From a candidate division WOR-3 bacterium (lineage in GTDB: Bacteria > Hydrothermota > Tepidihabitantia > Tepidihabitantales > Tepidihabitantaceae), in contig CBFGIT010000012.1 of NCBI GenBank assembly GCA_965648905.1, positions 31,209-95,208 on the forward strand: DNA of 64,000 nt, written 5' to 3'. Position 1 is the first letter of the stretch, and each line of letters opens with the position of its first letter. The notes under the pieces are model-generated. The model had not been told where the DNA came from and ran no database searches. It saw nothing but the letters and a program-made list of their open reading frames with translations. This document shows positions 38,940 to 47,793 of this stretch, piece by piece. A program made the position numbers and the translations under genes.

Positions 38940-39758
38940 TTGGCCAGAAGTACTGCTGTGTGCTGGCTGGTGCTGTGCGCAGTAGCATCGGCTCCAGCCA
39001 TGTTCGAGGACAATGAATCCGGCGTCCGGCCCGAAGGCATGGCCGGTGCGTTCACTGCGGTCGCTGACGACGTCAGTGCTGCGGATTACAACCCTGCCGG
39101 CCTGTTTCAGGTCGGCATGGTTCAGTTTGCCGGATTCGGCAGGCTGCTCTACGGCGGTGTCGGTGTCGGACTTCACACCGCGCACCTGGCCGCGGCCGTG
39201 CCGATTCAGTCGGTCGGGACCGTGGCTTTGCGGCTGCAGGAGACCGGGTTTGACCTTCAGTCTCAGTTGTCGGTCAAGCTCGCGCACGGGTTCAGGCTGG
39301 CAGACGGGCTTGCGGTCGGGTATGGCCTGAATGGGTATCGCCTGAACCAGAAGGAGCTTGGTTCAGGCGCTGCCTACGGGGTCGACGCCGGCATGTTCGG
39401 ACGCCTCTATCGGGCGTGGACCGTGGGGTTCTACGCGCACAACCTGAACATGCCGCGCATCGGCGCCAGTGACCTGCCGCGCCTCCTGGTGGTTGGTCTT
39501 GGTTTCTCGCCTCAGCCGGGGATTCAGTCCGCAGTTGACGTGTCCAAGGAACCGGGGAAGCCGACGCGAGTGAGCGTGGGACAGGAACTTCGAGTCGTCC
39601 AGGACCATCTGACCGTGCGGGCCGGGGTTCAGACCGAGCCGGTGAGGCTGGCATTCGGGCTGCGCGCGGGGACCGAGCGGATCCATGTGGACTATGCGCT
39701 GCAGACTCATCCGATTTTGCCCATGACCCACAACCTGGGCATGACAGTGGAGTTCTAG
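38940..39758 (+). CDS. PorV/PorQ/FadL-like outer-membrane beta-barrel
   Basis: Signal peptide, GVRPEGMAGAFTAVADDVSA.DYNPAGL, alternating strands, terminal F. Confidence 0.75.
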   Translation: MARSTAVCWLVLCAVASAPAMFEDNESGVRPEGMAGAFTAVADDVSAADYNPAGLFQVGMVQFAGFGRLLYGGVGVGLHTAHLAAAVPIQSVGTVALRLQETGFDLQSQLSVKLAHGFRLADGLAVGYGLNGYRLNQKELGSGAAYGVDAGMFGRLYRAWTVGFYAHNLNMPRIGASDLPRLLVVGLGFSPQPGIQSAVDVSKEPGKPTRVSVGQELRVVQDHLTVRAGVQTEPVRLAFGLRAGTERIHVDYALQTHPILPMTHNLGMTVEF

Positions 39759-39764
39759 GCAGCA

Positions 39765-42215
39765 ATGACCGGGGCTGGACTGCTGGCAGGTCTGTGTCTG
39801 TTGTGTCTGACATGGGCCGCAGGGCCATATTCAAACTCTAATCAGATTGATATCAACAAGGCGACGCTGGAAGAGGTCCGGGCTTTGCCGGTCGATTCCG
39901 GTCTGGCTCAGCGGATATTCGACCATGTCCAGGAGTACGGTCGGCTGACAAGTATCTACGAACTACTGAGGATTGAGGGGATGACCGCCGAGCGGCTGGC
40001 CGTGCTGAAGCCGCTGGTATATGTGTCGCAGTTGGACTGGCAGGAGCGGGTTCGGCTCAACATCCAGCGAATTCAGCGCCGACTTGCTTCTGAGGAGGGA
40101 CCGACCGCGGCTGCAGTCGAGGAATGGCAGGACCTGTTAGTGACGCCAATCAACGTCAACAAGGCAACGATTGATGACCTTCTGGTACTTGACAACGTTT
40201 CGCTGGTCGACGCGGTGGCGGTTGCGAAGTTCCGGCAGGCAGGCAGCAAGCTCTCGGGCCGGCGCGACCTTGCCAACCAGGTGCCCGGGCTGTCGTCGTA
40301 CGGGTATCGGAACTTAAGGAACTTCGTTGCCTACGAGGACGTCAAAGGAATGGCGTTCGGAGGCAACGTCCGGACCGCATACGAGGCTGAGCCGAGCTGG
40401 TTTGTACAGAATTCGGTTGCCGAGTATGACCAGGCGATAGCTACCTTGGCCGACACGTCGGTCCCTTGGGGCGACACAACGCGCTATTCGGCCCGGGATA
40501 CCGCGTTCTTCCGTGAGCAGCTTGCTGCCAACCGGGCGTTTCTGGCCCAAATGGGCAACCGGGCGAGCGTTCGACACCGGGTCCGCGTGCGGACCGGCGA
40601 CCGCGTCCGGGCTGGAGTCTGGGCGGTGCAGAAGCTCTATGACCGCCGCGCGTTCGATGCGGTCAAGGGCTTTGTCAGCGTCCAGAACTTGCCGTTGGTA
40701 CGACGTCTCATGGTCGGTGACTACCGGCTGACAATCGGCCAGAGCCTGCTGCTTGACAATACGGCCGAGCTTCGGGCGCGAGTACACGAGCGGCCCCAAG
40801 GGTTGTTCAACGACCTGAGCGAGAATGCCGGGTTCGGCTTTCGCGGTGTGGCGACCGAATTGGTTGCGGGTCGACTGGGAGCAGTCGGCTTCTTCTCATC
40901 TGCTCATCGAGACGCGATTCTGAACCCGGACAGCACAGTCAACTACCTTATTGTCTCAACCCCACGTCTGCCGGCGTTCCGCAACAACCTGACCGAGACG
41001 AGCGGCGGGGCAGGCCTGAGACTTGATCTTTCAAACCTGGGGCCGGTGCCGACCGGAACCAGGCTGTCGTTAGGCGGGTTTGATGCGGCCTATGACCGGA
41101 GCTTCCGGCCTGATGCCCGGTATCTTGAGCTGCCCGGTGACGCCGATACGCTCGACGACCCAAACTACACCCGGCTTGATACGGGCCGCACCCGACGGTA
41201 CCTCGGTGCGGACTTCCGTACCGTTGTGGAGAACGTATCACTTGAGGCAGAGTATGCGACCCGACCAGGACGCGATTCACTTGGTCGGCATCGAGTTCTG
41301 CCCGGCAGCGACGCACCTGCCGCATACCTGGTCAAGACCCGGGTCCAGTACGACTATCTGTATGTTACTGCTCTCTATCGCCACTACGACGTGGGTTACG
41401 ACAATCCGTTCAACCGTGGTTTCTGCGAGCAGCTCCGGTTCGAAGACACGCCGCTGGAGAAGTCGTACCGCGTGATTGACCCGGCCTATGTTGCGCTGCA
41501 GGAGTTTCCGAGTCCGAAGGCTGAACAAGGGTTCTTTGTTGATACCCGCTATCAGATTGGCCGGCAGGTTACGTTCACCAGGGTCTATCTTGACGTCTGG
41601 CGTAACCTCGCGTGGGGAGCGGACAACTGGCGACTGCAGGGCGAGGTCGAGTATCAGCCGGTGTATCCGCTGCGCCTGCGGTTCAAGCAGAAGCTGCAGT
41701 CCAAGGAGTTGCCCAAAATCGTACAGTCCACGCGCTCGTTCACGATGGAGTCAAGCATCAGAACAATGGCCAGCCTGTCCAACTGGGACTACCTGACCCT
41801 GGAGTTGCGACACGGGCAGGTGCTCTTGACTCCGACCATGAGGTACGCAGACCAGACCAGCATGGCCGGCGACTTCGTCGCGGTGCAATGGGAGCACAAC
41901 TTCTCAGACAACTTCAACGCCGAGCTGGGCGTGGCTGGTTGGTACACACGCGGCATGTCCCAGTGGATATTTGAGGATAACGGCATCGACTTTCTCGACG
42001 GTCAGGGCATGAAGTGGTACCTGGCTCTGACCGACAGGTTGTCTGATAACCTGCTGGCTTATCTAAAGTTACGGCAGAAAGTGAGTGATTACTTCCACAC
42101 CGGTCTGGCCGGCGGGGAAGGTCTGCATTTCCGGGGAGTGAACGAGCCGGTGCGTGATTTCGTTACGCGGGGCAATTTGCTGAACATCGCCTTGCAGGTT
42201 GACCTTCTGTGGTAA
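39765..42215 (+). CDS. Outer-membrane protein with two ComEA-like helix-hairpin-helix domains and a C-terminal beta-barrel
   Basis: IDINKATLEEVRALP...IYELLRIEGM and INVNKATIDDLLVL; GDYRLTIGQSL; terminal LQVDLLW. Confidence 0.8.
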   Translation: MTGAGLLAGLCLLCLTWAAGPYSNSNQIDINKATLEEVRALPVDSGLAQRIFDHVQEYGRLTSIYELLRIEGMTAERLAVLKPLVYVSQLDWQERVRLNIQRIQRRLASEEGPTAAAVEEWQDLLVTPINVNKATIDDLLVLDNVSLVDAVAVAKFRQAGSKLSGRRDLANQVPGLSSYGYRNLRNFVAYEDVKGMAFGGNVRTAYEAEPSWFVQNSVAEYDQAIATLADTSVPWGDTTRYSARDTAFFREQLAANRAFLAQMGNRASVRHRVRVRTGDRVRAGVWAVQKLYDRRAFDAVKGFVSVQNLPLVRRLMVGDYRLTIGQSLLLDNTAELRARVHERPQGLFNDLSENAGFGFRGVATELVAGRLGAVGFFSSAHRDAILNPDSTVNYLIVSTPRLPAFRNNLTETSGGAGLRLDLSNLGPVPTGTRLSLGGFDAAYDRSFRPDARYLELPGDADTLDDPNYTRLDTGRTRRYLGADFRTVVENVSLEAEYATRPGRDSLGRHRVLPGSDAPAAYLVKTRVQYDYLYVTALYRHYDVGYDNPFNRGFCEQLRFEDTPLEKSYRVIDPAYVALQEFPSPKAEQGFFVDTRYQIGRQVTFTRVYLDVWRNLAWGADNWRLQGEVEYQPVYPLRLRFKQKLQSKELPKIVQSTRSFTMESSIRTMASLSNWDYLTLELRHGQVLLTPTMRYADQTSMAGDFVAVQWEHNFSDNFNAELGVAGWYTRGMSQWIFEDNGIDFLDGQGMKWYLALTDRLSDNLLAYLKLRQKVSDYFHTGLAGGEGLHFRGVNEPVRDFVTRGNLLNIALQVDLLW

Positions 42216-42226
42216 GAGGAGGACGA

Positions 42227-43444
42227 GTGAAAGCAGAATGCAGAGTGCAGACGGCAGAATGCAGAATGCGGAGTGCAGAATGGAAGAAGATGGGGGCTGT
42301 GCTGCTGCTCGTGGCCGCGGCGGTCGGAGAGATACCGGTAAGCGACTGGAGGGGCGAGGAGGTGACCTGGTACGACGCGCGTGCGCTGGCCCGGTGTGGC
42401 GCAGCCGGGATTGATATCGGGCCAGCCGCGGTCTTCTCTAATCCGGCCGGGCTTGCGTTCCTGCGTCGGCCGGTCGTACAGGTAAGCTACGGGATGAGGC
42501 TTGCTGCGGAGCAGCGCACGAGGGTCGTCTACGACCAGTTTGAGAACAGCCTGGGCGAGCTGGCGTACGCGGACAACGTCTACTCCAATGGCATTCCCGG
42601 GCCCATGGCTGCGGCGTACCCGCGCGGCATATTCTCTGCGGGAGCCGCGCTCGGGGCGATGCGCGACTTCAACTACACCTACCTGAGGGCGTACCGCGAT
42701 GATTTCTACGTCAAGGTGGGTGAGGACCGGGTAAGTCAGACCGGCATGTTGTACATGGTCGGGTTGGGTGCGGCGGTCCGGCCACTTGACTGGCTTGCAA
42801 CCGGATTGCGCGGCGCGTACATGTTCGGCAGCCGCAGACTCGAGTCGTGGCACGCGATGGGCGCGGATACGGCATACCTGGCAGACGAAGGCAGGCCGAC
42901 CGGCGTCCTGCTCGGTGCTGGGCTGGTCACTAATCTTCTGTCCCGGCTGCTGGTAGGCGTCGACCTTCAGAGCGGGTACCGATTGAAGAACTGGCGCGAC
43001 TCGGCCGGGACCCTGACTCTTGTTCCTTCTGTTTGTGAAGGCCGTTATCCCTGGAGCGCAAGGCTGGGGGTCTCGTACCGCGTGGCCGGACCACTGCCGG
43101 GCACGGTCTCTGCCGAAGCACGCTACAGTACATGGCATGACCTGGACTCGAACCTGAGCAACGTACTCGCGGCGCGGGCCGGGGTCGAGCACCGGATGTT
43201 GACCAAGGTGCGATTGCGTTACGGTTTCGGCGTCGAACCGATGCCCGACGACCCGGCGATTCAGGTGGCGAGCTTCGGGCTGGGCACCGGCATCGACGCC
43301 GGGCAGTTCCGTATCGACCTGGGCCTACGTTTAAGCCGCAGGGTGTTTGGTCCGACCGGATTCTGGCCTGAGTTGAGCGAAACCGATGTCCGAGTCTACG
43401 AGAGCAGGAACCACTTTGCCTTCACTTTGTCGCGTGAGTTCTAG
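42227..43444 (+). CDS. FadL-like outer-membrane beta-barrel
   Basis: DARALA..G...AVFSNPAGL, amphipathic strands, terminal F. SD GAGGAGG before GTG 42227. Confidence 0.7.
   Translation: MKAECRVQTAECRMRSAEWKKMGAVLLLVAAAVGEIPVSDWRGEEVTWYDARALARCGAAGIDIGPAAVFSNPAGLAFLRRPVVQVSYGMRLAAEQRTRVVYDQFENSLGELAYADNVYSNGIPGPMAAAYPRGIFSAGAALGAMRDFNYTYLRAYRDDFYVKVGEDRVSQTGMLYMVGLGAAVRPLDWLATGLRGAYMFGSRRLESWHAMGADTAYLADEGRPTGVLLGAGLVTNLLSRLLVGVDLQSGYRLKNWRDSAGTLTLVPSVCEGRYPWSARLGVSYRVAGPLPGTVSAEARYSTWHDLDSNLSNVLAARAGVEHRMLTKVRLRYGFGVEPMPDDPAIQVASFGLGTGIDAGQFRIDLGLRLSRRVFGPTGFWPELSETDVRVYESRNHFAFTLSREF
42233..42281 (+). repeat. GCAGAAT heptamer tandem array (7 units) in the 5' end of the barrel gene
   Basis: gcagaat gcagagt gcagacg gcagaat gcagaat gcggagt gcagaat. 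Confidence 0.85.
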
Positions 43445-44957
43445 AGTCGGCGCGGCTCTGCTTGGCTTGTGGCTTGCAGTCGTGCCGGCGCGTGCCGGGA
43501 TTCAGCATCTGTACATCGTGCACACCAACGACATTCATGGCGCACTGCTTCCGGCCGAGGCGTACTGGCTGAACCGCGACTTCCCGCCGCCGCTGGCCAA
43601 TGCTCCGGGCGTGCTCAATGTTATCCAGGAGCTCCGGCGCGAGGCAGAGTCCAAGGGGTATGGATTCCTGTTGCTCGATGGGGGAGACGTGTTCAAGGGA
43701 ACACCGCTCGGCGACTTTACGCGCGGTCAGGTCACGGTTGACTTCTTCCGGCGGGCGGGCTACGACGCGGTTGCAGCCGGCAATCACGATTTCGACTTTG
43801 GCTGGCAGGTGCTCAAGGCTATGGCTGACAGCTCAGGTCTGCCCTGGCTTGCGACAAACGTCCGCGTTGCCGGGGCCGATACCGCGCCCGCTTTTCTGAG
43901 GACGAGCATCATGTTCGAGCGCGGCGGCATCAAGGTCGGCGTGGTGGGACTCATCACCAGGTACCTGCGGGGCATGGTCACTGACAGCCAGATTGGCAAC
44001 CTTGATATTCTGCCTTACCATGACTGTGTGACCGAAGAGGCAGCCCGTCTCCGCGCGCAGGGCGCAGATGTCATCGTTGCCCTGAACCACATCGGGCACA
44101 GCCACGACATCCGTTTGGCAGATTCAGTGTCCGGCATTGATGCAATCATCGGCGCACACAGCCACACCGGCGTCAAACCGCCCTACGAAAGCCCGCACAA
44201 CCACACTATCATTCAGCAGGCTTACAGCAAGCTGAGTACGGTCGGGCTTCTCGACCTTGCCTATGACACCGAAGCGCGGACTGTGGTCGGGTACCGCGGC
44301 AGGTTGATTGACCTGATGGGTGAAGAGGTGCCGATGGACCAGGAGTACCTTGCCTGGCTTGATTCGACCCGGGCCGTGGCCGAGCGCGGCTTTGACGAGG
44401 TCTTGGGCCGAAGCGTGCGCGAGCTGACCCGGGGTGGATTCATGGAGACCCCGGCCGGCAATTTGATTACCGATGCGATGAGAGAGTACGCCCGGGCCGA
44501 CATCGCGCTCCACAACTCGGCCGGCATCCGCGCCAACATTCCCGAGGGTGAGGTCACGTTCCGGCATGTCTACGCGGTTGACATATTCGGCAACACACTG
44601 GTGACCGGAACCTACACTGGCCAGCAGGTGCGCGAGATGCTGGAGGTATCGGTGAATGGTCATCACGCGATATTCCAAGTCTCGGGTTTGAAGATGACGT
44701 ACACGAAGAAGAAGCCGATCGGCCAGCGCGTCCTCTCGGTAACAGTGAATAGTGAGCCGCTCCGACCAGAGCAGCGGTACCGAGTGGCGACCAATTCCTT
44801 CCTCGCGGCCGGCGGAGGTGAGTACGGCGTGTTTCTCGACGGCGAAGAGATCGAAGACAGCTACATGCCGTTGCGCGACCTGATTGCTCAATACATTCGT
44901 CAACACTCGCCGGTTGACGCCCGGGTTGAAGGCAGAATCGTGCTCGTTGACCACTAG
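43434..44957 (+). CDS. Periplasmic 5'-nucleotidase / UDP-sugar hydrolase (UshA family)
   Basis: Signal peptide, HTNDIHG, DGGDVFKGT, GNHDFD, GAHSH, C-terminal NSAGIR..FGN..ATNSFLAAGG. Confidence 0.92.
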   Translation: MSSRVGAALLGLWLAVVPARAGIQHLYIVHTNDIHGALLPAEAYWLNRDFPPPLANAPGVLNVIQELRREAESKGYGFLLLDGGDVFKGTPLGDFTRGQVTVDFFRRAGYDAVAAGNHDFDFGWQVLKAMADSSGLPWLATNVRVAGADTAPAFLRTSIMFERGGIKVGVVGLITRYLRGMVTDSQIGNLDILPYHDCVTEEAARLRAQGADVIVALNHIGHSHDIRLADSVSGIDAIIGAHSHTGVKPPYESPHNHTIIQQAYSKLSTVGLLDLAYDTEARTVVGYRGRLIDLMGEEVPMDQEYLAWLDSTRAVAERGFDEVLGRSVRELTRGGFMETPAGNLITDAMREYARADIALHNSAGIRANIPEGEVTFRHVYAVDIFGNTLVTGTYTGQQVREMLEVSVNGHHAIFQVSGLKMTYTKKKPIGQRVLSVTVNSEPLRPEQRYRVATNSFLAAGGGEYGVFLDGEEIEDSYMPLRDLIAQYIRQHSPVDARVEGRIVLVDH

Positions 44958-44976
44958 GCCGGACGGGCATCGAAAG

Positions 44977-46599
44977 ATGTGGCCCAGGCGCGAGGTTGAC
45001 GAAGCCGCAGTTGCGGTGCTGGCCGAGCAGGCCCATGTTACGCCGGTCATGGCGCGACTGCTCTGGCTGCGTGGAGTCCGAAGCGGCCCTGAGGTCGAGC
45101 GCTGGCTGCATCCCTCGGTTGAGCACTTCCATCCGCCTGAGCTGTTGCCGGATTTTGACCGAGCGGTTGCCCGCATCGAACAGGCGGTCGCCCGACAGGA
45201 GGAGATTCTGCTCTGGGGGCACGACGACCTGGACGGCATCACCTCGATTGTCATCCTGTATCGGCTGCTCACCGACCTGCGAGCACGGGTTGGTTACCAT
45301 GTTCCGGCGCGCGGCCGCGAGAAGCACGGCCTGACCGCGGCAGTTGTGCTAGCTCGGAAGAGTGCTGGGATTCGGCTGGTTGTGACCGTGGACTGCGGCA
45401 TCACCAACCGTGACCAGATTGAGGTGCTCCACCACCAGGGAATCGACGTCGTGGTTACCGACCATCACGAAGTGCCGGACCCGATGCCCGGGGCAGTGGC
45501 AAACGTGGACGCAAAACGGCGGGACTCGGTCTATCCGTATCGTGGTCTGGCCAGTGCCGGCGTGGCTCTGAAGCTGGGCATGGGGCTGGTGCGCAGGCGG
45601 TTGGGCTTGACGTTTGCTGAGTTCCTTTCGGTTCAGCCGGAGCTGTTGGCTCTGGCAGTGCTCGGCACGATCGCCGACCGGGTGCCGTTGACCGGCGAGA
45701 ATCGAACTCTTGTCAGGGTAGGGTTGAAACGGCTTGAGAACACGCGGCTGCCCGCGGTTCGGGCCGTGCTTGACCGGTTGACGCGGCGGGAGCCGCTCTC
45801 GGTCAGCCGGTTTCTGGCCGACCTGCTGCCGCTCTTTGCGGCCGCGGTCGGAAACGACGCAGTCGCCAAGTTCATCAGTGCGACCCGGGAAGAGGCTGAA
45901 GCCTGGGTTGACGGGCTGGAGGCGGAGAGCCGGGCCTGGCGTGCCGAGGCCGAGCGGACGCTGGAGCAGGCAGCGCGTCAGGTGATCCTCGGTGACGGCA
46001 TTCTCTTTGTTCGCAGTCGGGAGCTGTCCTTGCGGGCGCTCGGGTTTTGCGCGGCCAAGCTGAAAGACCGGTATCAGGTGCCCGCGGTGGTCATGGGTTG
46101 GCGCGGTGATGCCTGGGTCGGCGAGTGCCGAGGCATTGAGGGCGTCAGCCTGCTCGACCTGCTAAACGCGTTGGCCGGGTGCTTCATTGACTTCGGCGGA
46201 CACAAGAAGGCTGCCGGGTTCTCGATTGCTGATGACCGGACTGATGAGTTCATCCGCATGGCTGAGGAGTATGCTCATCGCAACTTCGCCGGCAGGATTC
46301 AGCCTGAGAACAGGGTGATGGTTGATGCGGTGCTGCCATTCGCCGAGTTTGACCCCGGGCTGGCTGCGCTCGGGCCGTTCGGCGACGGTAATCCCCAGCC
46401 GGTGTTTGAGTCCGGTCCGGTGAGACTGGTCGCCGACGGTGACGCCCTGCGACCAGCGGTCCGGCGCGATTTGGCTCTGAAGGCGGTGCGCGGTGCGCTC
46501 GCGGTTGAGCCGGAGAGTGACTGGAACCTGCTCTACACCGTGGATGAGACCGGCGGGCTGACTGCGCTTGATGCCCGTTCTGTGTCGGTCAATCAGTAG
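44977..46599 (+). CDS. recJ: RecJ-like DHH single-stranded DNA exonuclease
   Basis: DDLDG, TVDCG, TDHH, ASAGVA, GTIAD, GGHKKAAG, PFG.GNP.P. Alternative start at TTG 44947. Confidence 0.8.
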   Translation: MWPRREVDEAAVAVLAEQAHVTPVMARLLWLRGVRSGPEVERWLHPSVEHFHPPELLPDFDRAVARIEQAVARQEEILLWGHDDLDGITSIVILYRLLTDLRARVGYHVPARGREKHGLTAAVVLARKSAGIRLVVTVDCGITNRDQIEVLHHQGIDVVVTDHHEVPDPMPGAVANVDAKRRDSVYPYRGLASAGVALKLGMGLVRRRLGLTFAEFLSVQPELLALAVLGTIADRVPLTGENRTLVRVGLKRLENTRLPAVRAVLDRLTRREPLSVSRFLADLLPLFAAAVGNDAVAKFISATREEAEAWVDGLEAESRAWRAEAERTLEQAARQVILGDGILFVRSRELSLRALGFCAAKLKDRYQVPAVVMGWRGDAWVGECRGIEGVSLLDLLNALAGCFIDFGGHKKAAGFSIADDRTDEFIRMAEEYAHRNFAGRIQPENRVMVDAVLPFAEFDPGLAALGPFGDGNPQPVFESGPVRLVADGDALRPAVRRDLALKAVRGALAVEPESDWNLLYTVDETGGLTALDARSVSVNQ

Positions 46600-46606
46600 T
46601 CGACAC

Positions 46607-47773
46607 GTGCCGGAGAAGCGCATTCACATCTCGCGCAAACGCAGCCGGGCCCAGCACGCCTGGGTTTTCTCGAATGAAGTCCAACGTACTGAGGGTAACC
46701 CTGGGCCCGGTGATCTGGTGCTGATCATGGAACGGAACCGGCTGGTCGGCTCGGCGGTCTACAATCCGCATTCGTTGATTCGTGCCCGGTTGTACTCGGA
46801 CCGAGACGAAGAGATGGACAAGGCGTTCATCGTACGCCGTATCAGGACCGCATGGGAGTATCGGCAGGAGCGGCTGCCGGGTGAGCGCGACTGCCGGCTG
46901 GTTTATGGTGAGAGCGACCACATGCCCGGTCTGGTCATTGACAAGTACGGTGACCACTTCGTGGTGCAGACATACTGCCTTGCCTTGGACTTGAGGCTTG
47001 AACTCGTGGTTGAGGCGCTGAGAGAGCTGTTCGACACCGCCTGCGTGTTCGAGAAGAATGACTTCCGGCTGCGCGAGCCGGAGAGTCTGCCGCGACGTGA
47101 AGGAGTGCTCTACGGTGTGCCGCGAGCTGACGTTGTCATATCCGAATCGGGCGTGCGGTTCCGGGTGGACATTGCAGCCGGGCAGAAGACCGGGTACTAC
47201 TTTGACCACCGGCTGACCCGGCGCAAGGTCAGAGAGATGGCACGCGACAAGTCGGTATTCGACGTGTTCTGCTACACCGGTTCATTCGCGATTAACGCAG
47301 CTCTCGGTGGTGCGACACGCGTGGTGGCGCTCGACGCTTCGCTCGCGGCTTGTCAGATGGCCCGGGTCAATGCCGGGCTCAACGGCGTCGAAGACCGATG
47401 TGAGTTCGTTGTCGCCGATGCGTTCCGGGCGCTCGTGCAGATGGTTCGGAGTGGAACCCGGTTCGACCTGGTCTGCCTTGATCCGCCCGCCTTCATCAAG
47501 CGTCGGCACGAGAAGGATGCCGGTCTGCGTGGCTACCGCACGGTCAACGCGCTGGGCATGAAGCTGCTGACCGAGGGCGGGACGCTGGTTACGTCGTCCT
47601 GCTCGCATTACCTGTTCTGGCAGGACATGCTCGACATGCTGGTCGGCGCGGCTCAGGATGCAGGGCGGAGCTTCACGATTCTCGACCGTTCTACCCAGGG
47701 GCCGGACCATCCGGTGCTGCTTTCCATGCCGGAGTCAGAGTACCTGCGCTGTTTCGCACTCAAGGTGCACTAG
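46607..47773 (+). CDS. rlmI: RlmI-family 23S rRNA m5C methyltransferase
   Basis: PUA domain (AWVFSNEV), ESDHMPGLVIDKY, GQKTGYY.D, DVFCYTGSF, LDPPAF, TSSCS, DHP..PESEYL. Confidence 0.9.
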   Translation: MPEKRIHISRKRSRAQHAWVFSNEVQRTEGNPGPGDLVLIMERNRLVGSAVYNPHSLIRARLYSDRDEEMDKAFIVRRIRTAWEYRQERLPGERDCRLVYGESDHMPGLVIDKYGDHFVVQTYCLALDLRLELVVEALRELFDTACVFEKNDFRLREPESLPRREGVLYGVPRADVVISESGVRFRVDIAAGQKTGYYFDHRLTRRKVREMARDKSVFDVFCYTGSFAINAALGGATRVVALDASLAACQMARVNAGLNGVEDRCEFVVADAFRALVQMVRSGTRFDLVCLDPPAFIKRRHEKDAGLRGYRTVNALGMKLLTEGGTLVTSSCSHYLFWQDMLDMLVGAAQDAGRSFTILDRSTQGPDHPVLLSMPESEYLRCFALKVH

Positions 47774-47793
47774 TCCCGCGAACCGGCGGGCGT

